From Micavibrio sp. (GTDB lineage: Bacteria; Pseudomonadota; Alphaproteobacteria; Micavibrionales; Micavibrionaceae): DNA of 64,000 bases. The position numbers and the translations under genes are program-made. The notes under the pieces were generated by a model, which was not told the origin of the DNA, searched no databases, and was given only the letters and a program-made list of their open reading frames with translations. Shown here piece by piece: positions 1 through 9,955 of the stretch (its first letter is position 1; each line of letters begins with the position of its first letter). Where the stretch lies: contig JALTAZ010000010.1 of the NCBI GenBank assembly GCA_027075555.1, positions 2,496 through 66,495 of the forward strand, read 5' to 3'.

Positions 1-127
1 TAGCCATGCCATCATATTGACGTGAGGTTACGTTCGCTATTTCCACATAAGGGTGTGCGTTTAATATACGTAAAAGCTCTAGCCCTGTATATCCAGTTAT
101 GCCGATAATTGATATGCGTGTAGCCAT
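1..127 (-). CDS. argC: N-acetyl-gamma-glutamyl-phosphate reductase family (ArgC/LysY-like). Only the N-terminal 42 codons are present; the gene runs off the left edge
   Basis: The reverse complement of 1-127 translates to [42 protein letters not shown]. The IxGxTGYTGxELxRxLxxHP N-terminus is typical of ArgC-type semialdehyde dehydrogenases. It is absent from the ORF track because it is truncated. Confidence 0.55.
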   Translation of the reverse strand, partial: MATRISIIGITGYTGLELLRILNAHPYVEIANVTSRQYDGMA

Positions 128-1164
128 CTTGAAATCACCAAATCTATCCATTCTGTGCTTGGGTTAAATGCGTTATATACAATAACGTCTAATTCATCTT
201 TAATAATTGCTTTTCCTACATCATTATCTGTGACAGGGCCACTTATTACATCAATAGGAATACCAATGTTTTTGCATCCCTCAGCAAGTCCAATTGCGCC
301 TATAGGATCACTGGCGCAGCCTATGTGAAGTCTTACATTTTTTTGAATTTCAGGCATTTGCAAAATGGCATTAACGCCGTATTTACCCATTAAGCCGTCA
401 CCAAATTCGATAATAATTGCATCAGGGTTATCATTGCTTAGATAATCAAGAGCTCCTCTAGTTACATCTGCCATGGTTTTATCATCAATATTGGCAGTAG
501 AGGTTATTCCAGCATCAACAAAAGATACCGCATTATAAACCCCGTAATCTTGCATTTTATAAATATCACGCAGTGCACCAACACCAGTTAGTTTTGTTCC
601 TGCAAGCTTCATTCCCATTCGTGTTAGGGTTTTGGTAATTTCAACAGCAACGGTTGTTTTGCCACTATCCATGCTTGTGCCTGTTACAATAATTAGTGGT
701 ACGTTGCTGCTCATATCTTTTTTTGGGGAATATATCGTGTTTTGATTTATATTTAGTGACCTTCCATCTTTATCAATTATTGCCCCAAGTACTCTTATGC
801 GAAGGGGGTTGCCAACTTCAGTAGTGTTGGCGCTTGTACATTCTCCTGCAACTCCGCCCATATTAAGAAGGTGGATAACATCATTAGGGTTTAGAGATTT
901 AGGCAAATCACCAACAAAACCTTTAAGGGCGCGCCTTTGCCCCAAGGCTACGGTGATTATATCACCTTTTTTAAGTTTGGAAAGTCGCCCTGAAGGTAAT
1001 TCAAGTTCATTATAAACGCGTTTGTCATCAAGAACTTTGGCAACCAGAACCGTTCCCATTTCACAAGGAAGTGCGGTATTAGGGTCGTTCATAATTATTT
1101 GTTGGTGTTTCAGTTTTAAATTTTTTGTAATGGCTGAAACTTTATCAATTAGAATAGGATTCAT
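97..1164 (-). CDS. Hypothetical protein with a BioD/DUF1611-like P-loop ([12 protein letters not shown])
   Basis: 355-aa ORF. The GTxxDxGKT(T) motif resembles the dethiobiotin-synthase/DUF1611 type of P-loop. The N-terminal ~140 aa is not recognised. The 3' end overlaps the argC-like start by 31 nt. Confidence 0.5.
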   Translation of the reverse strand: MNPILIDKVSAITKNLKLKHQQIIMNDPNTALPCEMGTVLVAKVLDDKRVYNELELPSGRLSKLKKGDIITVALGQRRALKGFVGDLPKSLNPNDVIHLLNMGGVAGECTSANTTEVGNPLRIRVLGAIIDKDGRSLNINQNTIYSPKKDMSSNVPLIIVTGTSMDSGKTTVAVEITKTLTRMGMKLAGTKLTGVGALRDIYKMQDYGVYNAVSFVDAGITSTANIDDKTMADVTRGALDYLSNDNPDAIIIEFGDGLMGKYGVNAILQMPEIQKNVRLHIGCASDPIGAIGLAEGCKNIGIPIDVISGPVTDNDVGKAIIKDELDVIVYNAFNPSTEWIDLVISRWLHAYQLSA

Positions 1165-1400
1165 CTCATTTTTTTCATTAATCTTTACTATTTTAAAATG
1201 CCGTATACATGACGTTCAAGCAATTTGTTTTTAAGGGAATATAATCTATAAATATTAAAACAGTGATAACCTTTTTTAAGATTGATAACACAAAATATCT
1301 AGCTAAGAGGGGGCTAGCGGCTAACTCATCGTCGATTTGGTGTTTTTCTGTAGTTCATGGGTAATCAGAAACATATAATGTGGTGCTATGTCAACATTTT

Positions 1401-2597
1401 TTAATCTTTTAAAGGTAGAAGATGTTCTACTAGTCTTGCCCAATATTCTATTGTTATTGGTAATAAATCATCATTAAAGTCATAGCCAGCATTATGTAGC
1501 CCCTTGCTGCATCTATGGTTAGGATCATCGTCAACGGCTTGTCCAATTTTAATATAAGCTCCGGGTATATGCTCTAAAAATACTCCAAAATCTTCACCTC
1601 CCATTGAAGGGGTGGGGTCTTTACTAACCATTGTATCGCCAACCATTTCTTTTGCAATATTTATGCAAATTTGCGCGTGCTCCTTATGATTTTTTGTTGG
1701 CTGTGTACGTGTTTCATAGGTGCAAGTTGCTATTGCTTTGTGTGCGTTTGCAATTTCATATGATATCTCTCTTATTCGCTTTTCAATATGCCTTTTTAGA
1801 TTTTTATCATAGCTACGCACTGTACCGCTAAAGCTAGTTTGGGAAGGGATAACATTAAATGCGCCTGTACCACCATTTATATTCGTAACACTAAGAACAG
1901 CAGGGGTGAAAGGATCAGTTTCGCGGCTGATAATGGTTTGCAATGAATTGATAATTTGTGAAGATATTATAATGGGGTCAATAGTTGTATGTGGTTTTGA
2001 TGCATGTCCACCTTTACCATCAATAATAACTTTAAAATGGTCAACGGCGGCCATACTCTCTTTTTCATTTATCTCAAAATAGCCAAGTGGGCAATATGGC
2101 CAATTATGCATTGCATAAATAAAATCGCATGGAAAACGCTTTAATATGCCATCATCAATCATGGCTTTTGCGCCTTGTCCATTTTCCTCAGCCGGCTGAA
2201 ATATAAGATTAACTGTGCCGTTAAAGTTATTGTTTTCTTTTAAGTATTTAGCAGCCCCAAGTAGTGCTGCACTATGTCCATCATGACCACAGCCATGCAT
2301 CTTACCCTTAATATTTGATACCCATTTTTTGTTATCTTCTTCTAATATATCAAGAGCATCAATATCAGCACGAATCCCGATCGATTTGTTACTATCTGAT
2401 TTTTTACCTTTTATAGTTGCGACAATGCCTGTTTTTCCGATATTACGCTCAAAAGCGATTCCCCATTTTCTAAGTTTATCAGCAATAAAATCGCTAGCGA
2501 AGCTTTCCTTAAATGCTGTTTGTGGGTTTTGATGCAAAATACGGCGGTATTTTGTAATTTCGTATTTAATATCAATAATATATGGTCTTATTTTCAT
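1401..2597 (-). CDS. M20D-family amidohydrolase (N-acyl-amino-acid amidohydrolase / hippurate hydrolase-like)
   Basis: MHGCGHDGHSAALLGAAKYL and FQPAEE motifs, with a typical length. The track start at 2606 is TTG; the ATG at 2597 (MKIRPY...) is preferred. Confidence 0.8.
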   Translation of the reverse strand: MKIRPYIIDIKYEITKYRRILHQNPQTAFKESFASDFIADKLRKWGIAFERNIGKTGIVATIKGKKSDSNKSIGIRADIDALDILEEDNKKWVSNIKGKMHGCGHDGHSAALLGAAKYLKENNNFNGTVNLIFQPAEENGQGAKAMIDDGILKRFPCDFIYAMHNWPYCPLGYFEINEKESMAAVDHFKVIIDGKGGHASKPHTTIDPIIISSQIINSLQTIISRETDPFTPAVLSVTNINGGTGAFNVIPSQTSFSGTVRSYDKNLKRHIEKRIREISYEIANAHKAIATCTYETRTQPTKNHKEHAQICINIAKEMVGDTMVSKDPTPSMGGEDFGVFLEHIPGAYIKIGQAVDDDPNHRCSKGLHNAGYDFNDDLLPITIEYWARLVEHLLPLKD

Positions 2598-2647
2598 AGC
2601 TAGCAAATACCTTATTTAAGTGAAGATATATACTACTATAGTTTTTA

Positions 2648-3814
2648 TTATATGCCGAGAACATCATCATAATAGGCGGCTTCTTCTTCACCCTTAGAGC
2701 CTTCATCATTATCTCGGTCATATTTGTCATAAATATATATGTTTGATGATGAAATAGAAACAGTATTACCTCGGTCATTATGTAGTGTGGCGTCGATTCC
2801 TTCTTCTTTGTAAGCAATGTCGATATTATCAAATTCTATAATATCATGATAATCGGTAAGTAAATCCTCATCTAACACATCAATATCGTTTAAATATTCA
2901 GGATCATCAGGATTAATATTTAGGTGTTGGTCTAGCTCATCAGGCTCTATTTCTGTTAGAGCAATATCCTCTATTATACTATCTAATGATTTAGTAAAGT
3001 TAAAATCACCCTCATCAAAATAAAATGGAATGTCCTTACCTTTTTTAGGGCAAAGAACTTCATATTGTCTTAATGTGTTAATAAGCTCTGCGGCCTTTTC
3101 CTGTGCTTCTTTTCCAAAAATATACCAATTACGTGATTTGCTGGCGATATAATCACTTTCACATTCACTTTCAGAGCGTATAGTATCTCCTGCAGAAGAG
3201 TTAAAAAGTGGTTTTATTGTGGAATAATAGCTATCAACAATATTCCAAGACATGGCAGTGCCAAAAAGATTATTTGCGGCTTTGTTTTTTTTTGATACTT
3301 TGGCGATAATAGGGTGGTCTATTCCTTTTTGTTCTTTTAGAACCAGGGATAGTGCGGAAATAGCGATATTAGTAAGCCCTAACCCTTTAGCGCATGATAT
3401 AACAGTTCCAATTTCAGTTACTGTTTGCGGAGTATCCTGTCCAAATAAGTTTTCAACTTTATGCGTAAATGCAAAGCAAATAGCCGTTATACCTTCATCA
3501 TCTTCTATTAGCGCAATGCGCCCGCTTTTGGCCAAGTCTTCTACAGGGTCGTCCGGGCGGGGCTTTACAAAGTTTTTTGGATCTGCTTCTTGTTTCCTTC
3601 TAGATTTGAAAAACTCTTCTATAGCATTGATATCTTCTTTATCTGCAATTCTCAAGGTAAGGCGTTTAGGTCGATCATCTTCACTTGTTTCGGGGCTGCC
3701 CCATTCGCTATAAAGCCATTTAGGGTCAACTACCTGAAATATATTACTAAACCTATCGGCGTTTACATAGGAGTCATTATTTTTTAACCCTATCTTGTAA
3801 TTATAACCAGACAT
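2648..3814 (-). CDS. Hypothetical protein: GNAT-like acetyltransferase core followed by a long acidic C-terminal extension
   Basis: 388-aa ORF with an ATG start. Residues ~55-195 show a GNAT-like pattern (LRIADKEDINAIEEFF ... IALIEDDEGITAICFAF ... ISCAKGLGLTNIAISAL ... NKAANNLF). The last ~120 aa are very D/E-rich. Confidence 0.5.
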   Translation of the reverse strand: MSGYNYKIGLKNNDSYVNADRFSNIFQVVDPKWLYSEWGSPETSEDDRPKRLTLRIADKEDINAIEEFFKSRRKQEADPKNFVKPRPDDPVEDLAKSGRIALIEDDEGITAICFAFTHKVENLFGQDTPQTVTEIGTVISCAKGLGLTNIAISALSLVLKEQKGIDHPIIAKVSKKNKAANNLFGTAMSWNIVDSYYSTIKPLFNSSAGDTIRSESECESDYIASKSRNWYIFGKEAQEKAAELINTLRQYEVLCPKKGKDIPFYFDEGDFNFTKSLDSIIEDIALTEIEPDELDQHLNINPDDPEYLNDIDVLDEDLLTDYHDIIEFDNIDIAYKEEGIDATLHNDRGNTVSISSSNIYIYDKYDRDNDEGSKGEEEAAYYDDVLGI

Positions 3815-3932
3815 GTCTCTATTCCAATGTTCTACCTTGCATATTGTAACATATATTTATTTTGCGCGCACGTAATACACCTAATAGTATGTGTTTGCAA
3901 GAAAAATAGCATTTAATATATTAAATTATTAT

Positions 3933-4970
3933 TTACATAGTGGTTTTTCGTGGATCAAATGCGTCACGCACTGCTTCACCTATAAAAGTAAGCAGGGTAA
4001 GCATAGTAGCTAGTGATAAAAATGCAGCAATCCCAAGCCATGGAGCTTGTAGGTTATTTTTTCCTTGTGCCAATAGCTCACCTAAAGAGGGGCTACCTGG
4101 GGGCATACCAAGACCAAGAAAATCAAGCGCAGTTAGCGATGTAATAGAGGCAGTTAGAATAAAGGGCATGAATGTGATTGTTGCAACCATGGCATTTGGC
4201 AAAACATGTCGCCACATAATTATTGGATTTGATATTCCAAGAGCGGCTGCTGCTCTCACATAATCAAAGTTACGTGCTCGTAGGAATTCTGCTCTTACAA
4301 CATCGACTAATTTCATCCACGAAAAAAGTAATAGGATTAAAAGCAAGCTCCAAAATCCAGGTGTGAACATAGATGAAAATATTATCAATATATAAAGGCT
4401 AGGAAGGCTTGACCATATTTCAATAGTGCGCTGCATGAGTAGATCAAGCCTACCACCGTAATATCCTTGCACCGCACCCGCAGCAACACCAATGGCAGAG
4501 CTTACCAATGTAAGTATTAAGCCAAAGAGCACAGATATACGAAATCCATATATTACGCGCGCTGCAACATCACGACCCTGATCATCAGTGCCGATCCAAT
4601 TAACGCTATCAGGCGGAGTGGGGGCAGGGCTGGTAAGGTCGTAATTGATAGTATCATAATAAAAAGGTATGGGTGGCCATAATATCCACCCCTTTGTTCC
4701 ATCTTCTCCTACTATAAGTTCTTGAACGAATTTATCGCGATATTCGGCTTCGGTTTCGAAGTCACCACCAAAGGTGGTTTCGGGATAGCTCACTAATACG
4801 GGGAAATATAATTTTCCCTTATAGTTCAACATTATAGGCTTGTCATTTGCGATAATTGGGGCGGCAAGTGATATTAAAAGTAAGGATACAAAAATCCAAA
4901 AGCTCCAATAGCCACGCTTATTGGCTCGGAATTGTAAAAGTCGTCTTTTTGTAATTGGCGATAGCTCCAT
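3933..4970 (-). CDS. yejE: Peptide/microcin-type ABC transporter permease (YejE-like)
   Basis: Shows RRLLQFRANKRGYWSFWIF, the long periplasmic loop, and IGTDDQGRDVAARVIYGFRISV, as in YejE. The track start at 4988 is TTG; the ATG at 4970 (MELSPITK) is preferred. Confidence 0.8.
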   Translation of the reverse strand: MELSPITKRRLLQFRANKRGYWSFWIFVSLLLISLAAPIIANDKPIMLNYKGKLYFPVLVSYPETTFGGDFETEAEYRDKFVQELIVGEDGTKGWILWPPIPFYYDTINYDLTSPAPTPPDSVNWIGTDDQGRDVAARVIYGFRISVLFGLILTLVSSAIGVAAGAVQGYYGGRLDLLMQRTIEIWSSLPSLYILIIFSSMFTPGFWSLLLILLLFSWMKLVDVVRAEFLRARNFDYVRAAAALGISNPIIMWRHVLPNAMVATITFMPFILTASITSLTALDFLGLGMPPGSPSLGELLAQGKNNLQAPWLGIAAFLSLATMLTLLTFIGEAVRDAFDPRKTTM

Positions 4971-5013
4971 GACATTAACTATATGCAAGTTTTTATGGCT
5001 ATAAAAGGGGGTG

Positions 5014-6264
5014 TTATTGCTTTTTATTACTCTTATGCGATTTTTGTATGTTTTTTGTTTTTAGCTTCATAATTGAGGGCGCAGATAAAGTTGGTATATG
5101 GACGAAGCTCCGTTTATGTTCGATTTTTTCTCCTACAATTGTTCTATAAAATGCTACTATTAGGAGTAGCCCAAGGTACAATGAAATCATGGTAAAAAAG
5201 CTTTGTGATCCAAGGTAAGATAGAAGAAAACCTGCTATGACAGGACCACTCATAGAACCTAAAGAATTGAATAATATCAAGGATCTACTGGCGGATACTA
5301 TTTGCTCTTTTTTAATTTGGTCATTCATATGGGTTATTGAAACGCTGTAAATTGATGTAATCATTCCGCCAAGTATAAAGATTAAAGGGTAGTGGTAGCT
5401 GTCTGCCACAGTCATAAGCGAACAGATAATACCAATAATAGCTGTAAGTTTTATAATCATGCGACGATCTATTCTGTCTGATAGAGGGCCTAAAACCGCA
5501 GGAAATACAGTGTTACCAAGAATATAAATACCCATGAATATGGTTATTTCAGAAGTAGGCATTTCTATATTTTTTGCATAAATAGGTCCTAAGGTAAGCA
5601 TGGTTGCATTGCATATCCCTGCGATAAACACACCTGTCATGGCTAGGGGGGAAATATTTATCATTTCTTTAAAGGCTATTGATTGTGGTTTGGCATAACC
5701 TGGAGTTTTTTTATTTGTAAGAGTTATTGGCGCAATAGCAAATGAAATCATAATTGATACAAGTATAAACAAATTTATACTGTTTAGTGGTGCTAAATTT
5801 ATCAAGAATTGCCCTGTAAATAGCCCTCCATATACTATGGAAACATAGGCGCTAAATATTGCTCCTCTTTGAGATTTATTGGCAATTTTATTAAGCCAGC
5901 TCTCTGCAATTATAAATAGACCTGAAAAACAAAATCCAGTTAACATGCGTGTAGGAATCCAAAGCCAGGGATTAACAAACAGCCCATGAATCAAAACAGT
6001 TGTAGATGCTATTGAGGCAAGGGCAGCAAACACACGAATATGACCAACTGAGGCAATCATATCAGGGATATAGCGGCAGCCAATTAAAAATCCAGCATAA
6101 TACATTGCCATTATAATACCGGTTATTTCTATTGGAAAATCTTCAGACTGTGCGCGTAAAGAAAGCAGCGTACCTTGAAGACCATTGCTAGTCGTTAGTA
6201 TCCCAATGCCAAGTAATAATGGCCAGACAATGATAAGACGCTTAAATGCAGATGATGAAGGCAT
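5014..6264 (-). CDS. MFS transporter
   Basis: 416 aa with about 12 hydrophobic segments and an MFS-like loop, and a basic C-terminal tail. ATG start. Confidence 0.7.
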   Translation of the reverse strand: MPSSSAFKRLIIVWPLLLGIGILTTSNGLQGTLLSLRAQSEDFPIEITGIIMAMYYAGFLIGCRYIPDMIASVGHIRVFAALASIASTTVLIHGLFVNPWLWIPTRMLTGFCFSGLFIIAESWLNKIANKSQRGAIFSAYVSIVYGGLFTGQFLINLAPLNSINLFILVSIMISFAIAPITLTNKKTPGYAKPQSIAFKEMINISPLAMTGVFIAGICNATMLTLGPIYAKNIEMPTSEITIFMGIYILGNTVFPAVLGPLSDRIDRRMIIKLTAIIGIICSLMTVADSYHYPLIFILGGMITSIYSVSITHMNDQIKKEQIVSASRSLILFNSLGSMSGPVIAGFLLSYLGSQSFFTMISLYLGLLLIVAFYRTIVGEKIEHKRSFVHIPTLSAPSIMKLKTKNIQKSHKSNKKQ

Positions 6265-6398
6265 TTTTTATAACTTTTTGTGCTATATCTATGCGTCAGC
6301 GTATATTCCTTTATTAGAATAACGTCAAGAATATTATTACTAAGATTTATGATAATTTCTTTGAGATATATATTATATATTACCTGCTCTTTGGTTCA

Positions 6399-7517
6399 TT
6401 AGACCTCACGTCTTTCAAAGTCGATGCGCGGATCTACCCACACATATACCAAATCACGCAGCAGATGCATGACAACACTCATCAAGGCATATATATAAAG
6501 CGTGCCAAGTACAACAGGATAATCGCGATTTATTATGCTCTCATAACTTAGAAGGCCTAAGCCATCGAGTGAGAATATAACCTCAATCAACAATGCGCCA
6601 GTAAAAAATATTGATACAAAAAGAGCAGGGAAACCAGCAATAACAATAATCATGGCATTGCGAAATATATGACCATAAAGAACTTGGTTTTCTTTCAGGC
6701 CTTTTGCTTTGGCTGTAATAACATAATGTTTGCCAATTTCATCAAGGAATGAGTTTTTGGTTAGCATTGTAAGTGATGCAAACCCACTTATTACCATCGC
6801 CGCAGTAGGTAAAACCATGTGCCAAGCATAATCGGCTATTTGTTGGAGCAAGCTCATATCTTCCCACCCGTCAGAAGTCAGCCCGCGCAAGGGGAAGAAA
6901 TCCCAATAACGCCCGCCAGCAAATAATACGATCAATAATATAGCAAACATAAAAGAAGGGATAGCATAGCCAATAAATACCGCCGCACTTGTCCATATAT
7001 CAAAGGCAGAGCCGTCTCTAACGGCTTTTCTAATGCCAAGTGGTATAGATATAAGATATATTATAAGCGTTGACCAAAGCCCAAGAGAGATGGAAACAGG
7101 CATTTTTTCAACAATCAATTCCCATACACCGATATCGCGGTAATAGCTCTCTCCTAAGTCAAAAGTCATATAGTTTTTAATCATATTTATAAAGCGTATA
7201 TGAGCAGGCTTGTCAAAGCCATACATCGCTTCAAGCTCTTTTATAAATTCAGGGTCAAGCCCTTGGGCGCCCTTATAACTTGAGTTTGAGCCTGTTGAAC
7301 TTTGAGAAGATATTGAGCTTGAGCTATTATTTGCGCCCATATCACCGCCAGCGCCACTAAAACGAGATGTAGCAGAAGTTCCATGACCTTGCAGTTCAGC
7401 GATCATTTTTTCAACAGGCCCTCCTGGGACAAATTGAATAATTATAAAGCTAAGCAGCATAATTCCAAGCAATGTTGGAATCATCAAAAGCAAGCGTTTT
7501 AGGATATAAGAAATCAT
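6399..7517 (-). CDS. yejB: Peptide/microcin-type ABC transporter permease (YejB-like)
   Basis: MISYILKRLLLMIPTLLGIMLLSFIIIQFVPGGP N-terminus and the Ser/Gly-rich insert typical of YejB. BPD-type permease core. Confidence 0.8.
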   Translation of the reverse strand: MISYILKRLLLMIPTLLGIMLLSFIIIQFVPGGPVEKMIAELQGHGTSATSRFSGAGGDMGANNSSSSISSQSSTGSNSSYKGAQGLDPEFIKELEAMYGFDKPAHIRFINMIKNYMTFDLGESYYRDIGVWELIVEKMPVSISLGLWSTLIIYLISIPLGIRKAVRDGSAFDIWTSAAVFIGYAIPSFMFAILLIVLFAGGRYWDFFPLRGLTSDGWEDMSLLQQIADYAWHMVLPTAAMVISGFASLTMLTKNSFLDEIGKHYVITAKAKGLKENQVLYGHIFRNAMIIVIAGFPALFVSIFFTGALLIEVIFSLDGLGLLSYESIINRDYPVVLGTLYIYALMSVVMHLLRDLVYVWVDPRIDFERREV

Positions 7518-7608
7518 ATGATATATAATAGCTGCGCTATTACAATAAGTCTATGCACAAAAATAGTAAGCACAAAAATAGCAAGGGCAAGCATAAAATA
7601 TTACAAGT

Positions 7609-8346
7609 CTAATGTATGGATTTTGATTTTGTATAACCGCTGCGTAAATTAAATTCATCAAATGCTGAAGGTGTTTCTGACATGATAAAAGCAGCCTCAA
7701 AATCGCGTAATAAACGTGATTCTTGTTCCTCTAGTTTCTTTATACGAAGTTTTGCAGAAACATTATATGCCTTAGCCAATGTGCTTTGGCGCACTTCATC
7801 GCGCCCTAACAGCTTGGCTACATAGGCTTTATTACCTAAAACAGTCAGGTTGTCAGGATCAATTTTAAGCGCTTTATCAGCAACTTGCAGCGCTTCTTCC
7901 TCACGATTAAGATTGGCAAGGGCAAAACCTTTATTAATAAGGGCGTTTACATTATTTGGATCTTGAGAAAGGATTTTATCTTCCCGTGCTAATAGCTTTT
8001 CATACTCATCTTTTAGATGCTTGATAAATGCCTTTTGGAATATTGATTTTTCATCATCTGGATTTTTTGCAAGGCGTTGATCTATAAGCATTTCGGCCTC
8101 TTTATAAAAGCCATCAACAATCATAATATCAACTTCATCATCACTGCTTTGAAGGTCATAATTAGATAAGCTTTCCGGAGTTAAAAAATAGTGGCAATCG
8201 CTGCGTTGCATAAAAGTCATTAAGTCATAGGCAAGGCGTGCGCGCAGCGCCCCATCATCAATGGGAGCATGATTAAGTGGGTGTGCATATTTAAAATTTT
8301 TAGATGAAGATGACCCACCACTAGCGTAAATTTCCTCTGGCAACAT
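7609..8346 (-). CDS. TPR-repeat protein
   Basis: 245 aa. Residues ~120-190 carry TPR-like repeats (NVNALINKGFALANLNREEEALQVADKALKIDPDNLTVLGNKAYV). Confidence 0.6.
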   Translation of the reverse strand: MLPEEIYASGGSSSSKNFKYAHPLNHAPIDDGALRARLAYDLMTFMQRSDCHYFLTPESLSNYDLQSSDDEVDIMIVDGFYKEAEMLIDQRLAKNPDDEKSIFQKAFIKHLKDEYEKLLAREDKILSQDPNNVNALINKGFALANLNREEEALQVADKALKIDPDNLTVLGNKAYVAKLLGRDEVRQSTLAKAYNVSAKLRIKKLEEQESRLLRDFEAAFIMSETPSAFDEFNLRSGYTKSKSIH

Positions 8347-8480
8347 AATTATTCAAACCCCAATTTTTATAATTATAGTTATTTTTATATTATTTTGATA
8401 TTTAATACCATCTAGATAGTACCGCTTTTGGTTTGATAAATGCAAGCATTTTTAATGATTTAGTTATATATAATCGGATA

Positions 8481-9134
8481 TTAGTCCAAAATCGGAACTA
8501 TATTCCAGTCTACAACCCGCCATTTACCTTGCGAAAACGCTAATATTCCAAGAGAGCCAGTTCTTAATTTTATTTTATATTGTTTAGCAAATGAATCAAA
8601 ATCTTCAGTAATATAAGGCGCGAATCTTGCTATACCATTTGAGGTAACTACTAAGGCTGTTTCGTCTATATTCATTACCCTATTGGTAACTATGTCATGA
8701 GTTTTGGTTAATTGGTAAGCAAAGTTTTGCCAGTTTTCTATTATCTCGTTTGGATTGACTTTCCAACCATTAGGCACTATTGCGTTATTATCCCATTGTT
8801 CGATGGCATTTTTGCCAATGCGGGAAATTACGTCTTTTTCTGTTTTATTTTCATCTTCCCCGTAATCAATTTCATTGAATATATCCAGTTCATATACAGG
8901 AAGTGATATTCCAGCTTCTTTTAAAGCCAATATAGCAGTTTCTCTGGTACGTTTAAGGGTAGAGCTATAAGCTATATCAGGCAAAAGGTCATTGTCCTTT
9001 AAGTAACGTCCGATGGCCTTTGCCTGCTCTTGACCTTTTTCAACCAAGGGAATATCAGTTCTTGCGCCTACGCGCGTTGGAATGTCACCAGAATTAAATG
9101 TATTGCCATGGCGCGCAATAATCAGCTTAGTCAT
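8481..9134 (-). CDS. Histidine phosphatase family protein (phosphoglycerate-mutase-like)
   Basis: N-terminal IIARHGNT catalytic RHG motif and SSTLKRTRETA. The start overlaps the kdsB stop by 1 nt (TAATG). Confidence 0.75.
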   Translation of the reverse strand: MTKLIIARHGNTFNSGDIPTRVGARTDIPLVEKGQEQAKAIGRYLKDNDLLPDIAYSSTLKRTRETAILALKEAGISLPVYELDIFNEIDYGEDENKTEKDVISRIGKNAIEQWDNNAIVPNGWKVNPNEIIENWQNFAYQLTKTHDIVTNRVMNIDETALVVTSNGIARFAPYITEDFDSFAKQYKIKLRTGSLGILAFSQGKWRVVDWNIVPILD

Positions 9135-9943
9135 TATATCGGCTCGCCATGATCTAATATATATTTTTCAGCCCTTGCCAAATCTTCAGGACTATCTATG
9201 CCTGATTGTATGGTTCCTTGTTCAATATCAATATCTATGCTTTGTATATTTATGTTATTTTCAATCATGCGCAATTGCTCTAAACCTTCTAATTGTTCGT
9301 AAACCCCTTGATTTAACTTGCAAAACTTTTCAAGTATATCACTGCGAAATCCATATAAACCAATATGCTGATATATTGGTGATAAGGGGCTTTGCTTACG
9401 TAAAGTTTCTTCATTACGAATTGCAGGAATTATATTTTTTGAAAACCATAAGGCTTTTCCATTTTCATTTATAATTGCAGTTGTCCCGCTAAAGGGAGTT
9501 TTTTTCTTTATTTTTCTTAAGCGTTCAAGGTCAAGCCAGCTAAGGCGGTGAACAGGTGTTATTACTTCAAGGTACGGGTTTTCAACATATGCATCTATCA
9601 TTTTTTTTATAACTGAAGGTGGTGTAAAGGGGGCGTCTCCTTGTAAATTTATTACAAAATCTGGCCAATCATCTAATTGTCTTATTGCGGATAAAATGCG
9701 GTCTGATCCAGTGGCACATCTTGCAGAAGTGCTTATACAAGGTGTGCCAAGTTTTGCTGCGTGATCGGCAATGCGCTTATCTTCGGTTGTTACAAATATG
9801 AATATATTTTTATACGATGATGCAGCCTTATTGGCTATATCTAAAACTCTGGATAACATGCTCTTGCCTGCAATAATTGCCAGTGGTTTTCCCGGAAAAC
9901 GAGAAGATCCATAGCGCGCGGGGATTGCTATAGCCAGTTTCAT
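9134..9943 (-). CDS. kdsB: 3-deoxy-manno-octulosonate cytidylyltransferase
   Basis: MKLAIAIPARYGSSRFPGKPLAII N-terminus, NLQGDAPF, GLYGFR. The length fits KdsB. Confidence 0.85.
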   Translation of the reverse strand: MKLAIAIPARYGSSRFPGKPLAIIAGKSMLSRVLDIANKAASSYKNIFIFVTTEDKRIADHAAKLGTPCISTSARCATGSDRILSAIRQLDDWPDFVINLQGDAPFTPPSVIKKMIDAYVENPYLEVITPVHRLSWLDLERLRKIKKKTPFSGTTAIINENGKALWFSKNIIPAIRNEETLRKQSPLSPIYQHIGLYGFRSDILEKFCKLNQGVYEQLEGLEQLRMIENNINIQSIDIDIEQGTIQSGIDSPEDLARAEKYILDHGEPI

Positions 9944-9955
9944 AATATTTTTTTC

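Noticed and set aside
797-1234. ORFs 797..1015(+) and 1022..1234(+). Also many similar 60-180-aa ORFs antisense to long genes, for example 3252..3713, 13635..13952, 27658..28203, 31548..32015, 39895..40284, 41702..42241, 48180..48530, 60509..60922.
   Set aside because: They lie entirely inside, and antisense to, ORFs with strong family signatures. Their translations are low-complexity (S/I/L/F/R-rich), as expected for shadow frames of AT-rich genes. No ribosome-binding sites or motifs were seen.
2572-2832. 86-aa ORF overlapping the junction of the amidohydrolase and the GNAT-like gene.
   Set aside because: It overlaps two better-supported genes on the same strand in other frames, and its sequence is composition-driven (M/I/K/T-rich). 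It is probably not coding.
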